NCBI GenBank assembly: GCA_951406725.2
Contig: OX597815.1
Location: 194,928,001 to 194,992,000 of the forward strand
Length of the DNA: 64,000 nt
Direction: 5' to 3'
Source: Octopus vulgaris
Lineage: Eukaryota
The first letter of the stretch is position 1. Each line of letters opens with the position of its first letter. Of the stretch, positions 1 to 14,440 are shown one piece after another. The translations under genes and the position numbers were made by a program. The notes below the pieces were generated by a model. It had not been told where the DNA came from. It saw only the letters and a list, made by a program, of their open reading frames with translations, and made no database searches.

Positions 1-53
1 AATACAGCTATGCATTTCGCCCGGCGTGCTCGCGTTTCTATCGGTTCGCCGTC
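1..53 (-). mobile_element. 5' end of SINE family B, truncated by window edge
   Basis: Reverse complement matches the head of the copy at 16238 (GGCGGCGAGCTGGCAGAAACGTTAGC.CGCCGGGCGAAA). Confidence 0.75.
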
Positions 54-224
54 TTTCTAGAGCGGAAATATTCTGGAAAGAATGTTTTCGAGCAATTTTT
101 CTTTCTTTTTGAAGCCTAATATAAAAGTTAAATACAGCATCGTTATATGGCTTTTGGACATATTTTTATTATCAATTTCTGGATTTCTGCATATAGTATT
201 GTAGAATTATCTACTGTGTTTTCG

Positions 225-303
<79 letters not shown>

Positions 304-1745
304 CAACCTTTATTACATGTTGAGGAATGTAGTGTTGCAATATCTATGTCGAAAATGCATGGAAAAGAGCGAGGTATGCGTTGCTTTTATGAAGAATGTA
401 GCTATTTTATTAACGGAATTTATAGTTCCTTATTTGCGCTGGAATTGTATATTACTTCGGTAGTGCGCTCACTTTTCCATTGTTTTTTGTTTGCTTTTGA
501 TTTTGAACAATGTAATACTTTTGTGTTGAAGAGAAAGTGTTTCTTTCTGGCTCTTTAATAATAAGCTCAAATATTGACTTTACGTTTACTTTTCATATTT
601 GTATCGATTCCGAATTTTATCAATATCTTTAACAAGATGAGACTTAGAGAGCCAGTATGTTAATACCTATTAATAAAAGTCTTAAAATATGCATATTTTG
701 GAGTCACGTATGTATGCATATATATATATATATATATATACACACGCGAACATATATATATGTGACAGGATTTCTGCTAGTGGCCGTGATTATTACAATG
801 GAGATTTCTTCATAATCTTTGTTTGGCAGGATTAGAAATTAAAAGAAATTATAAGACGGCAAAATGCTAAAAGTTAAAAAAAGTCAGACGTAAAAACATA
901 TACCTTCAAGCTGTAAGATGCTTCAAAAGTTGAAACTGTTTCTTTTATTTCATTGAGCTGTCGGTTTTAATCATTACATTTTTTTGTAATGGAATCACAA
1001 ATAATTTTTACTCGGCCATATCATCATCATCCGAAAGTGATGATTAAGAATAACTACAAGAGATGGATTTGTGATTCGAACTAGAGAGTGATAATTCCTT
1101 ATTTCAAATAATGTTTTATGCCTAATAGTGTGTGGTTTCTGCCCTTTTCTGTCAAAATAAACTCATCATTCTCTAATTAGTTGGTATGAAATAATAAGCT
1201 ATAATAATGTATAAAACTTAAGATCCCAGGCAAAAAATGTTAAACGTTGCCATATTCCACGGTACATCTTTAAAATACAATTTCACCAGTTTTCAATAAA
1301 TCATATGTACATGTGTTTCCCTTATTCATAAAAATGTATTCCTAGACATTGAAAAAAATACTTTAAATATTGGTTCCTATACATTGGCACAATATTTGTT
1401 CCTATACATTGAAAAACTACTTACAGTGAAAATAAACATTACTGATGGAAAGATGCTAGTCATATGAAATCACCTAGGCTAGGAGAGTGCTACGAGACGA
1501 AAATAATTCCATCAGTATTATCAGAGATTGCCCAAATAATACTAATGAAAAATAATTTTTATTCACTTCAGACATATTAATTGCAGTCATTATCATTCGA
1601 AGGTAAAGAGACAAAGGTTGCTAATTCTTATTTGACAAAATGTCACTTATGGAAATGGAATCTGATTCTTATTTTCTGTCCGACTAATTTGGTTTGATTT
1701 GTTTTCCAGCCGTGTTTGCCTCTTCTGATATCAATATCGATATTA

Positions 1746-2250
<505 letters not shown>

Positions 2251-2420
2251 TTTTGTTTTTTTTCATACATACATTTTTGTCTACTTAATCTATATAAGTG
2301 TGCTACCAAAACGATTATTTCGTGACATTAATATAAGGAACGAACACAAAATCTTATTGGTCTGAAGCGGTTTGAATGGTACACACACACACACACAGAC
2401 ACACACACACACAGACACAG

Positions 2421-2452
<32 letters not shown>

Positions 2453-2469
2453 GCACACACACTCACTTG

Positions 2470-2770
2470 CTTAGTAAGATGTTTACTCCCATTAGGGGAT
2501 ACCTTGGTAAGCCGTCTTCTACTCTAACTTCGGACAGAGCAACACAGGGAGTCGATTTGTTAGACGCAAAATGAAATATGTGCGTATAGGAATATATACA
2601 TGTGTGTGTGTGTGTATGTGTGCGCGCGTGTGTTGAGTTTGCATGAGTGCGCGCTGTGTTGGTGTGTTTAGGTGTTCGTTTTATAGAGGGTTCGGAAAAA
2701 GAGAACGATAGAATAAGTTACAGATTTTAAAAACAAGTCCTGCTATCGATTTATTCGACTAACAGTTCTG
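2470..2770 (+). mobile_element. Degenerate SINE family A copy
   Basis: Residual matches (gtcttctact, gatttgttagacg, gttcgg..aaagagaacgatagaataag) to the copy at 21965. Confidence 0.55.
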
Positions 2771-2778
2771 CAAACACA

Positions 2779-2882
<104 letters not shown>

Positions 2883-2984
2883 TACTTACATATTTATAGA
2901 CACCATTCTCACATACACATACACACGCGCAAATCCAATTGGGATCACCAGCACTTTATTATCTCCCTGTCTTTCAAACTTCTT

Positions 2985-3179
2985 TTCCAATCATTCGCCA
3001 TGCTGGTCAGCTGAAATCAGCACGTTGTTCTTTTTCATACTCTTTGTTCCTTTTCTCTTATTTCCTATTTCTGTTGAAGAGCGTAGGCTCGAAATGTAAA
3101 AGACTTTTCCATTTTTCCGATCGTCAAACTGATATACTTGCATGCTCTTCCTACACCCGTCTTCGTCTTTTGCTTTTCT

Positions 3180-3187
<8 letters not shown>
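2985..3187 (+). mobile_element. Non-autonomous Penelope-derived repeat with variant hammerhead motif
   Basis: Homologous to 24807-24960 and 51711-51923. Contains CTGTTGAAGAGCGTAGGCTCGAAATGTAAAAG and ends at (TA)n. Confidence 0.65.
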
Positions 3188-3239
<52 letters not shown>

Positions 3240-3322
3240 GGTCCCGGGTTGATTTGGGGTTAACCACAGTAAATAAGGTACTCAATACATAGCAGAGTAA
3301 AATTAATTTATTATATAGAAGG

Positions 3323-3373
3323 AGCTTCTACAGGACTAGAACTGTTTCATTCAAGAGAAATCTTCAGGAAGCT
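3323..3373 (-). ncRNA. Type I hammerhead ribozyme motif
   Basis: Exact reverse complement of 5569-5619. Confidence 0.8.
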
Positions 3374-4143
3374 AGTTAACAAGAATTGTATTGGCATTTA
3401 TACATTTAGGCAGGTTTAAAGGGGTGTTGGTGGGGGACTTTTTGGGGGTAGGCATAGTGCAAAATATCATACTTGGGGGAGTGGTCAAGGAGTCAGTGTT
3501 AAATTAGATAGAAGAATAAAAAAAAAAAAAAAAAAAAAAAAAATATATATATATAATACGGAGTAAACACATAAAAAAAAAAAAAAGTATAAATACCAGT
3601 GGTAGAGTAATTGCTTATTTTAGCAGCAGAAAATTCAACAAAATCGTACTGATATGAATTCTAGCAAAAACTGTCTGATATATATAAATAAATATATATA
3701 TATATATATATAAAAAAAGGGGGAATAGAGTTTTAGGTAAATAAGGAGATTCTCACTTATACCTATGCACATATGTATACATATATACACACACATACAA
3801 ACATATATACATATACATACACACATACATACACACACATATATATATACATATATATACACTTACACATACATATACATATCTACACATACACATATAT
3901 GTATACATACACACACTCACATGCATACACGTATACACACATGTATATATACACACACACGACCACACATACCTATACACACAGAAAAATATATATACAC
4001 ATACACACACATACTCACATACACGCATACACACACAAATCCACACACACACATGCACACACAGCACACTAGTCCCTATATACACATATATACACATACA
4101 CACATATATACACACACATACACATACATACACATACATACAC

Positions 4144-4186
<43 letters not shown>

Positions 4187-4608
4187 TGTATACATATGTG
4201 TACCTATGCATACCTACACATACACACACATATATATATATACACATACAAATACAGACCCATCCCCTAATTTTAATTTTATTATCTTCGTTTATTACTT
4301 TTGTTATCTTTGGCCGCTTGGTCACAAACATCTTGGCTATGACAGCCAGTCCATTTATCTGTCTACTGGAAAACAAGCACTCATTCACTCACGCACACTC
4401 TTTAGCACGTACACTCACTCATTCGTACACTCATACACATACACTCACGCACGCGTTATATTCATACATACATACATCTACATACATTCACATATATACA
4501 CATACGTACGCGTACCTACAGATTCATGTCTACACTCTTAGAAGGCTAGTCTATACATATACACCAATAAATATAAATACACACACATACACGTACACCT
4601 ACATACAA

Positions 4609-4653
<45 letters not shown>

Positions 4654-5338
4654 TATACATATATATTCACATATATATACACATATATACATACACATAC
4701 ATACATACACACATATACACATATACACACATATATACACATATATACACACATACACATACATACATATACACACATACACATACATACGTATACATAC
4801 ATACATACATCCATACATCCATACATACATACATTTATACACATACACACACCCACATACATACATATATATACGCGCATATATATATCCATATATATAT
4901 ATATATATATATACATACATATACATATATACATATATACATATATATTCATACACACACATACATATACATACATACATATACAAATATACGCACACAC
5001 ATACATACATACTCATATACTCATACACGCACATACACATGTACATGCGTACCCATACACACACACACACATGCGCGCGTCCATATATACACATAAGTAC
5101 ACCCATGCGTAAAAGTATACATATATCTAAGCTTACACATACACACACACACACGCGCGCCTCCTTATATTCATACTTACATGCATACTCAAAAAATAAG
5201 TAAATAGTAAAATATATATATACATATACGCGCAGTTATTCATACATGCATACTCAAAAAATAAATAATAAATAATAAATATTAAGTATATGTACGTGCA
5301 GTTACCTATTATATAGACGGATACATACATATAAACTT

Positions 5339-5399
<61 letters not shown>

Positions 5400-5568
5400 C
5401 ATATATACACACATATATACACACACATATACATATATATACATACTGACTCCTTGACCACTCCCCCAAGTATGATATTTTGCACTATGCCTACCCCCAA
5501 AAAGTCCCCCACCAACACCCCTTTAAACCTGCCTAAATGTATAAATGCCAATACAATTCTTGTTAACT

Positions 5569-5619
5569 AGCTTCCTGAAGATTTCTCTTGAATGAAACAG
5601 TTCTAGTCCTGTAGAAGCT
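5569..5619 (+). ncRNA. Type I hammerhead ribozyme motif
   Basis: AGCTTC-CTGAAGA-tTTCtcttGAAt-GAA-ACAG-ttctagtc-CTGT-A-GAAGCT: perfect 6-bp stem I, canonical core, 4-bp stem III, GUA cleavage triplet (cut after 5613). Confidence 0.8.
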
Positions 5620-5635
5620 CCTTCTATATATAATA

Positions 5636-5682
<47 letters not shown>

Positions 5683-5700
5683 CATGCATACATATATATA

Positions 5701-5924
5701 TACTCTTTTAGTATTTACTTGTTTCAGTCATTTGATCGTGTCCATGGTGGGGCACCGCCTTTAGTCAAGCAAATCGACCCCAGGACATATTCTTTGTAAG
5801 CCTAGTACTTATTCTATCGGTTTCTTTTGCCGAACCGCTAAGTTACGGGGACATAAACACACCAGCATATGTTGACAAGCGATGTTGGAGGGACAAATAC
5901 AGATACAAAAACTTATACACACAT

Positions 5925-6002
<78 letters not shown>

Positions 6003-6157
6003 GATGGGATTCTTTCAGTTTCCGTCTACCAAATCCACTCACAAGGCTTTGGTCACCCCGAGTAGAAGGCACTTGCCCAAGGTGCCACGCAGTGGAACTG
6101 AACCTGGAACCATGTGGTTCGTAAGCAAGCTCCTTACCACAGAGCCACTACTACGCC
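5701..6157 (-). mobile_element. tRNA-derived SINE family A, full length
   Basis: A/B-box-like head (GTGGCT.TGTGGTAAG...GGTTCAGTTCC), internal (AT)n(GT)n, AAAAG-type tail; multiple copies in window. Confidence 0.9.
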
Positions 6158-6164
6158 ACCTTTT

Positions 6165-6308
6165 TCTTTTGGACTTTCCTATGTTTCCTGTTTCCAAAGA
6201 AGCACTTTCCTCGAAAGGTAACACTACCACTCACTCTTTCCTTCTCTGAGCGTGTTATTAATACTTTACAGTACCACGTTGACTTTTTCTCCGTTTTTTA
6301 TTAACTAT
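6165..6308 (+). mobile_element. Degenerate Penelope-derived repeat with decayed hammerhead-like motif
   Basis: gtttccaaagaagcactttcctcgaaaggtaacac resembles the 3068-3101 motif; ends at TA-rich repeat. Confidence 0.4.
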
Positions 6309-6627
6309 GTATATATATATATATGTATACACACACATACATACATATATATATATATATACAAACAATAGGCATATCGTTCAATAACATAGAATACCCG
6401 GGATGGCTTAATATGTATATGTGAAGAGTTTATGTGTGTTAATACAGATGAAATAGTTCAGCTAATAATCTGTTATTGACAGTTTCACCAATAAAGGATA
6501 TGGGATGACATAAGTGGATCCTTTTATGCCGGGATTGAAAAAAAATATATGCGGAATATTGTCATGTGCAGAAACATGAAAGGAGATATTTCTTGGGTAA
6601 TTTGAAATGATAGCCTTTGACACATAA

Positions 6628-6666
<39 letters not shown>

Positions 6667-6792
6667 CATACATAAATCTCTCTCTCTCTATCTCTGTATA
6701 TATATATATATATATTTATGAATGTTATAAAGTAAGAGTGATGAACTTTATTTCAGAAATCACCACTATTAAAAAGAAACCTAGAATATATG

Positions 6793-6869
<77 letters not shown>

Positions 6870-6959
6870 TCTCACGTATAATAATATTACGATTGGAAGG
6901 AGAGATCTGGACGGAAAATGATGACACTTTATAATACGGTTTATGAAATAAAGGGAACA

Positions 6960-7500
6960 AAATGATATATTAATAATTCAAAATAGTTACATGGGATTTA
7001 ACCAACGATGACCTCGTATGCACTATCTCTAATGTGGAACTTTCCACGATCGCTTCCAGCTTTCCAAGGACTTCAGCCAGAGGGTCCACGACTGAAATTT
7101 CCCACTTTGCGTGAAAGTATACCATGCATACATAAATGCCAAGTGCCGAAATTTGATAGAAGTTGAAGAAATTATTTATAGAAATGTCGTTGAGAAACAC
7201 TTTTACTACTTGCTCCTGTCAAATTTTGGAAGTCTTTATAGAGTGCTCTATTACGCAGAGATATTCCAAATACACTCCGTTGGTATTTGGCTTACTTTTA
7301 TTTATCCTACACATAAATGTATCACCAGTTCAAAATTTTACTTCAGTTGCTAAATGTTTTCCGATAAAGCTATTGTTAAATCTTCTCTATATTCTAAAGC
7401 TAGTTGTTAACATTAATATAACTTTGTTTGAATCTACCCTCAGTCATTCCGATGTTGTTTTGATTTCATCTATGGTGTGCTTCTACTTGGTGCAGTGAGA
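6960..7500 (-). mobile_element. Penelope-like element remnant (GIY-YIG endonuclease plus 3' region)
   Basis: Minus-strand translation gives IGMTEGRFKQSY and TIALSENI*QLK, matching the YIGxTExxFKxRY and TxLSxxIWxLK pattern; many stops and frameshifts. Confidence 0.65.
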
Positions 7501-7649
7501 TTAATCAACATTAATGCATATTTATTCATGCAAATATACTTATCGAAAATTGGTATACGTACTAATATTCTAAGTGATATAATATACTTTATATAACTTA
7601 AGAATGTTCTAGTAAACATGATGTTATAGCGGTAGCTGTAGCATGGAAT

Positions 7650-7796
7650 ATTGTGACAAATTAAATTTAAATGTTGAAGTGAATCTAACGTTTTTTGTGT
7701 TTTTTCTTAGATGGCTTATAAACACCTTCCACGCTGCAATTGTTTTCGTTCCAGCACACGATCAGGTCACTTGCTATGCAAGTACATCTCCGTAAT
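7650..7796 (+). mobile_element. Partial copy of the repeat family at 63176-63390
   Basis: Clear reverse-complement similarity (tgacaaattaaa...aagtacatctccgtaat). Confidence 0.8.
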
Positions 7797-7968
7797 GTAT
7801 ATATATGTTAAGCAAGATATAAGTTAGAGTGTATGTAACCATATAAAGGATAGACTTATCCGTAGGCACTCCTGGTGTAATACTTCACTATGTATAGTCC
7901 TAGTTTTAATGTATATGGTATTAGGTAATTTAAAGGTAAAACCGAGGTTTAATATATATCGACTTATC

Positions 7969-7999
<31 letters not shown>

Positions 8000-8011
8000 T
8001 ATATATATCGT

Positions 8012-8065
8012 TATCATCATCATCAGCGTTTAAAGTCCGTTTTCCATGCTGGCATGGGTTGGACG
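8012..8065 (-). mobile_element. RTE-type LINE/SINE 3' tail fragment
   Basis: CGTCCAACCCATGCCAGCATGGAAAACGGAC followed by a (TGA)n tail. Confidence 0.6.
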
Positions 8066-9350
8066 ATATATATATATATTGTATATATGTGAGTGTGTGT
8101 GAGTGTGTATACATATATGCAAATACAGTGAAAAGAAAACCATATATATATAAGTAATCGCGTTTAATACATAAGAGCCAACCGGCGAGTATATTTCTCC
8201 GAGGAAAAATTTCTTTAAAATAATTAATAAGTAAGAAAGTGAAGTTATGAACACGACTTGGACTCCTGAAAGAAAGTACATCTACCAATCACAGAAGAGT
8301 AAGTATATTCTTTATATTGCGGGATCTGAATTATAACTGTATGGACACAATGTCGATTTTTATGCTTTTGCATTGCCTTTAAATGGGAAAAACATATCAG
8401 AGTTGTCATTTTCGCTTTAAAACTATATTTAAGTTGACTCACTTACTTTATTCTACGCGCGCGTGTATGTAAATATATGCGTATGTATATTCTACGCTGA
8501 AGTGGAAGATAGTGTTGATGAGGAATATAATGTTGATGCTGTAAACATCCGTGAATATAGAGCTTTGTATTTTATCCTCGAATAGAAAGACCTAAATTAC
8601 ATCATTTTTATGTGGGCTCATCTTTCTATCACGGCCAAGAATGCCGTTGAACATTGATCGGTTACTTGGAAACCTGCAACTAAAAAGGCACTACTTTTTT
8701 TCTGTTTTTCCTAATTTCGATACCCATTCAAAATCAGACTCCCAAGATATCATGCTTTAATCAATATTCGCATCACATAACTTATTCGTATTAACATATA
8801 ATCAATAATATCGTGTTTAGTTCTCTATTTTTTTTTTTAAATTTCATAATCAACGGGCAGTCACTCCTCCTCTCATGAATATTTACAAATTTTTCCATGT
8901 TATGAAATCACGAAATTCATGAATTAAAGAAAACTTCTCAAGGAAATTCACTGTTTTTGTAATTCATAAAACTGTGAAATATTCGCTTTGGCAATCAATG
9001 AATTCTTGCACCGATGTTACTTTAGCTTCAAAATTAGTATTCTAACGCATCACCCGTCCTTAAATAATGAAACCCAAAGTGATGTCTGCGACTAAACGTT
9101 CCACATTAAATCTATCTACAAAGGGCTACACACGACAGTGGAATTACCTTTCGTCTCTCAATGTACAGAATTCAAAGCGCATCGATTTTGGCGAATGTTT
9201 ATAAGTTTCAGAGAAAAATATCAACTATACGAATATCGCATATGGATAAGTTGTTTTGCATAAAATTTCGGTACTTATTAATATTGCATTGTAAAAACAG
9301 AAGAAACAAAAAAATTTGTAGATCTGTTCCGGTGTATTTAATTTAATCTT

Positions 9351-9409
<59 letters not shown>

Positions 9410-9482
9410 CATACATTCATACATATATGTATATATATATATATACATACATACATACATACACACATATATATATATATAT

Positions 9483-10095
9483 AGTCAATATTAATAAGGG
9501 TAAAATTAATTAATTAGTAATTAATAATTTTACCAAGCAGTGTTCAGTATGTAAAAGGACCATTTATGGTAAATTTAAACATTACTTTATATAATAAGGG
9601 TTCAGTAAAAAAATTTACTTTACCACACACCGAACTTTTAGAAATAGCAGCCAAAGAATTTAGCTATATCCCCTACTATAAACAATGTTTCCTGGACAAT
9701 GTATACTCAAAAACAATTCATATAGGCATAGAGGCAAAAATAACGAAAGATCACTCGAAAATCGATTACTTGAGAACGCGTTTCTGGGTTAGTTAGATAT
9801 AGAGATGCTAGAAATACATACCTATTCCAACATTCCTATCATCAGCCCAAGATTTCGTTAAATTTAAATTTGAGAGCACTAAAAATCGAACATACCCGTC
9901 TGATTTGAGTAACCTCAGACGAGTGATCTTTCGTTATTTTTCCCTCTATGCCTACATGAATTGTTTTTGAGTATACATTGTCTGGGAACTTTTTTTTATA
10001 GTAGGGGATATAACTAAATTCTTTGGCTGCTATTTCTAAAAGTTCGGTGTGTGGTAAAGTAAATTTTTTACTGAACCCTTATTATATAAAGTAAT
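9483..10095. mobile_element. Penelope-derived foldback element, arms 9581-9757 / 9920-10095
   Basis: About 175 bp inverted repeat between TA/CA microsatellites with a hammerhead in the spacer; diverged relative at 42520-42715. Confidence 0.75.
9769..9851 (-). ncRNA. Type I hammerhead ribozyme motif with long stem II
   Basis: CTTGGG-CTGATGA-[about 54 nt stem-loop]-GAA-ACGCGT-T-CTCAAG; palindromic stem III. Confidence 0.75.
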
Positions 10096-10143
10096 ACACA
10101 CACACACACACGCACACACACACATATATATATATATATACAC

Positions 10144-10230
<87 letters not shown>

Positions 10231-10250
10231 TATATACATATATATATATT

Positions 10251-10298
<48 letters not shown>

Positions 10299-10422
10299 TA
10301 TTTCTAAAGGAGACTACAGCAGCGGTACTGGATATTTATTGGATAGTACTGGATAGTTATTGCCAAACTGGCATGGTGATCCAGGAAAATAGGACGAATG
10401 CTGCCCGTTGATTAGCTCCAAG

Positions 10423-10567
10423 AGGTCATCGCCTCTAGCTAGCTATGTGACACACGAACCTGTATCCATTATAACCTTCGAACAGGGAAAGCGGCTGACC
10501 TCCCCTGTTCGAAGGTTATAGTGAACACAGGTTCGTGTGTCACATTGCTAGCTAGAGGCAATGGCCT
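10423..10567. repeat. Long imperfect hairpin (about 65 bp arms, about 15 nt loop)
   Basis: aggtcatcgcctctagctagc...ttcgaacaggg pairs with ccctgttcgaa...gctagctagaggcaatggcct. Confidence 0.9.
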
Positions 10568-10609
10568 TGTCCTAAATGACAAATGAGAGTTTCGTAAAAT
10601 AAAGCACTG

Positions 10610-11000
10610 GTAACGTTCTATAGACATGAATGTGTATCTTGAGGCCTGCTGGTGCCTTGCAAACCTTTTGGCAAAAAGGACTGAGTTTGCTTGAGTGCTT
10701 ATGTGTTTTCTTGAGTGGACGGCTAGGCCTGCTTTGCTTCGTGCCACAAAACCACAATGATAGGAAGTATTTTGCTAGTGTGTCTTCACGCTTGCACGAA
10801 ACTGGTCCCAGTGCTGGAGTAGATTTTGCTCAATTTTTTTAACTGGAAAGCAGGACTCGTACCAGGTCCTGCGTTCTCATGCTTTGTTTTTTTCAAGAAG
10901 AAACAGTAAAGTTGCATCGTTTCATATTATCTTTTAGTTTGCCATTGAAACACAAGAGAGACCTTCCACTTGATCTTCCGGTTTGGACTTGGTCAAAGAG
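10610..11000 (-). mobile_element. RTE-clade LINE 3' fragment with C2H2-like fingers
   Basis: LFDQVQTGRSSGRSLLCFNGKLKDNMKRCN, then CGFVARSKAGLAVHSRKH and FCQKVCKAPAGLKIH in shifted frames. Confidence 0.7.
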
Positions 11001-11596
11001 AATGTGTGTGTGTGTATTTGTGTGTGTGTTTGTGTATGTGTGTGTGTGTAAATTCATCTGTCTCTCCTTGTTCAGATAAGAACAGATTAAACAAAAAATA
11101 TTAAAGTGAAATAAATTATCCATTCCTATATTTTATATTTCAATATAAAAAAGAAATATGATCATTTTAAATTAATCTCATGGCGTCCTTATCACGCGTA
11201 ATATGCGTTAGAACATAGAGAGATCGTAAAGCATATTTATATACCTGAGTTTTAATTGTTTTGAAATCTCATGATACGTGACAAATTGACGTATGTTATC
11301 TGTATGATTGCTACTTATTTATTTAAGAAAACATAAGTATCAGTGAAAACTAAGCGTCCAACAATTTAATTAGATATAATTTATGTCATATTCACAAATT
11401 TATAGTTTAAATTAATAATCATTGAATCTAATTCCACGCCCACCCTTGTATCCGGTTCGCTGAATTTTATATGACTAAATGAACATAATTCAAGGTATTT
11501 CTCAGGAGAATTTTGATATCACAATCTAAATAATATGGACGGCGTAATTAAATGTTCTAACATTTGCTAAAATACACTTTATTCCATTAATACATG

Positions 11597-11958
11597 CTTC
11601 CCGACACACGGTTCGAGGTTCAGCAGCACCGCATCACACATTGGGCGAGTGTCTTCTACTATAGCCACGGGCTAACCAAAGCCTTGTGATGGATTTGCTA
11701 GACAGAAACTGATAGAAGCCTGTTGTATATATATATACATATATATATATATGAGTGTGTCTACTTGTACTCACAAAAACTTATCTAAAACGTGCTGGTG
11801 TGTTTACGTCCCTGTAGCCCAGCAGTTCGACCAAAGACGGATAAAATAACTACGATCCTCATAAAAATAGATAAGTACTAGAGTCGATAGATTCGAATAA
11901 AAATTCTCCCAGGCGGTACCACAGCATAGCTGCAGTCTAATACTTGAAACAGGTAAAA
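11597..11958 (+). mobile_element. SINE family A, diverged
   Basis: Colinear similarity to 21965-22397. Confidence 0.8.
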
Positions 11959-12024
11959 GGTAGGAGGTAAATGATAATATATATCTATGTCCTCGTGTGA
12001 AAATATACTTGCCATTATTTACAG

Positions 12025-12185
12025 GGATCCTTTACGTTCTGGGTTCAAATTCCGTCGAGATCGACTTTTTGCCTTTCTTCCTTTCGGGGTCGATATATTA
12101 TGTACCAGTAGCCGATTGGGGTCGCTCTAATCGACTGTCCTCCTCCCCCAAAATTTCGGGCCTTGTGCCTAGAGTACAAAAGATT
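12025..12185 (+). mobile_element. SINE family B fragment
   Basis: ggttcaaattccgtcgagatcgactttttgcctttcttcctttcggggtcgata central domain. Confidence 0.8.
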
Positions 12186-12382
12186 ATTTACAGGAATCGT
12201 TATACTTAAACAACAATCTTCCAAAGGTATAAACGTCTATATACATTGACATCACTTAGACATTATGAAGTTTTATGTCAAGGCGGCCTGCATATCATTG
12301 TCTTTTAATATGCAACTGTTATGAGTTTTCGTTTATTGGCAGGATTTATTTTATTGAAACAGAATCGATGTATTACCGAGTA

Positions 12383-12721
<339 letters not shown>

Positions 12722-12805
12722 CATTTAAATACCGTCAGGCGGTAATTAAAATTGTCCCCCAAAAGTAGGATTGGGTTACAGATTTATTTGTAACTATTAC
12801 GATTG

Positions 12806-13012
12806 GGATCTTTACCTTTTGATTGGTTGAAATTACCGAAATAATTTTACAAAAATATTTAACAAGAAATAACTTACAAAATACAGAATTTCCTCAACAA
12901 CGCCAAGAGTAAAAGATGTTTTATGTGACACATTCTACAAGTATACGGAGTTTGAAAGTGTTTAGTTACAAAAAATTATTTTTTAAATCTGCCGGTCAAA
13001 AGGTAAAGATCC
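12806..13012. mobile_element. MITE with 8-bp TSD (Merlin-like)
   Basis: TIR GGATCTTTACCTTTTGA / TCAAAAGGTAAAGATCC; perfect TSD TACGATTG. Confidence 0.85.
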
Positions 13013-13754
13013 TACGATTGTTATGAGAAAATCTGTAAACGACTGTCGCTTTCACAGATATATTCCATTAACATAATAGAGTAAAAAAAAAAAAATATCG
13101 ATTTAGTTCTTTGTAGAGATACTTTTTAAAATGGCAAATCATATGTAGTAGACATAACTGTCAATCAAATATTTCGTAAATATTAATGGAAAAATATATA
13201 ACGGAAAAATATATCTGCACAAAACAGAAAAATTAACAAATGCATTTTTTCACCAATTACGAGTAAAATTGAACCAAGCTTAATGCGAATAATTAATTAG
13301 TCTCTCTGGGAAACATTTGTAAAATGAATATTAGTGATATTACATAGAGGTGTAATTAGATCGCCTAAAATCAAAGTAATTACCAGAAAATCGTTTATTT
13401 GTCTTCTTATGAGTCTTGACAAATATATAAAAAAAACAAGAATAGAAAGACAACCTAGCTTTAAGATAAATGACAAATATTAATTGGTCTAATTATTATA
13501 TCTCTTTAGGATGCATCTTCTTTACGTCATTAAAATCACCATTGAACTTCACTGATATTATTAGCTTACGAACACAATTCTTAACGCTTCACCGGGTTGT
13601 AAAATAATAGATTTGGCGAAGTCAATCATATGTCTGTGTATATCTTGTTTGGAAAACTGTTGTAATAGACTTTCGCTATTACCACATCAATGGAGTCATA
13701 TCTCTGTCCATCTGCTTCTCTGCTTGTCTTTCATGCCATTTATACATCTGCCTC

Positions 13755-13909
13755 GCTCTCTCTCTCTCTCTCTCTCTCACTTTCTTTCTTTCTAACTATT
13801 TATACATGTATGTATGTATCTACCCATGTGTCCGTCCGTCTGTCTGTTTGACTATCTATCGGTCATTATGCTCATCCTTTTGTCAATCTGTCGGTCTGTC
13901 TCTCTTCAA

Positions 13910-13946
<37 letters not shown>

Positions 13947-13964
13947 AATCTATCTATCTGTATG

Positions 13965-14026
<62 letters not shown>

Positions 14027-14226
14027 GATCTATCTATCTATTTGTCTGTTTATCTGTCTATCTATATGTATCTCTGTCTATCTATCTATCTATTTATCTA
14101 TCTATCGTTCTATCTATCTCTATCTGCCTCTCTATATCTCTCTCTGTCTATATATCTCTCTCTGTCTATCTCCCTCTCTGTGTCTATCTATTTGTGTCTG
14201 TCTGTCTATCTATCTCTCTGTCTATT

Positions 14227-14263
<37 letters not shown>

Positions 14264-14286
14264 GTGTCTATCTCTCTCTCTGCCTG

Positions 14287-14345
<59 letters not shown>

Positions 14346-14440
14346 CTGTCTATCTCTGTCTGTTTGTCTGTCTATCCATCTCTCTATCTCTCTGTCTATT
14401 TCGCTCTCTCTCTCTCTCCATCTATCTATCTATCTATATC
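13755..14440. repeat. (TATC)n/(TC)n/(TGTC)n compound microsatellite
   Basis: Directly visible; gives the LSIY pseudo-ORFs. Confidence 0.95.

Larger units (their letters stand above)
3237..5637. mobile_element. Penelope-like non-autonomous element with inverted pseudo-LTR arms (3307-3497 / 5445-5637)
   Basis: About 190 bp near-perfect inverted repeat, each arm with a hammerhead. Flanked by (TA)n on both sides; interior is mostly CA/TA low-complexity sequence. Confidence 0.75.

Noticed and set aside
3753-5154. Long ORFs of 200-308 aa (HTYI / CVY rich)
   Set aside because: Translations of CA/TA microsatellite, which rarely contains stops.
7040-7085. Hammerhead downstream of the 7-kb PLE endonuclease (minus strand)
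   Set aside because: Core and stems are too degenerate to call.
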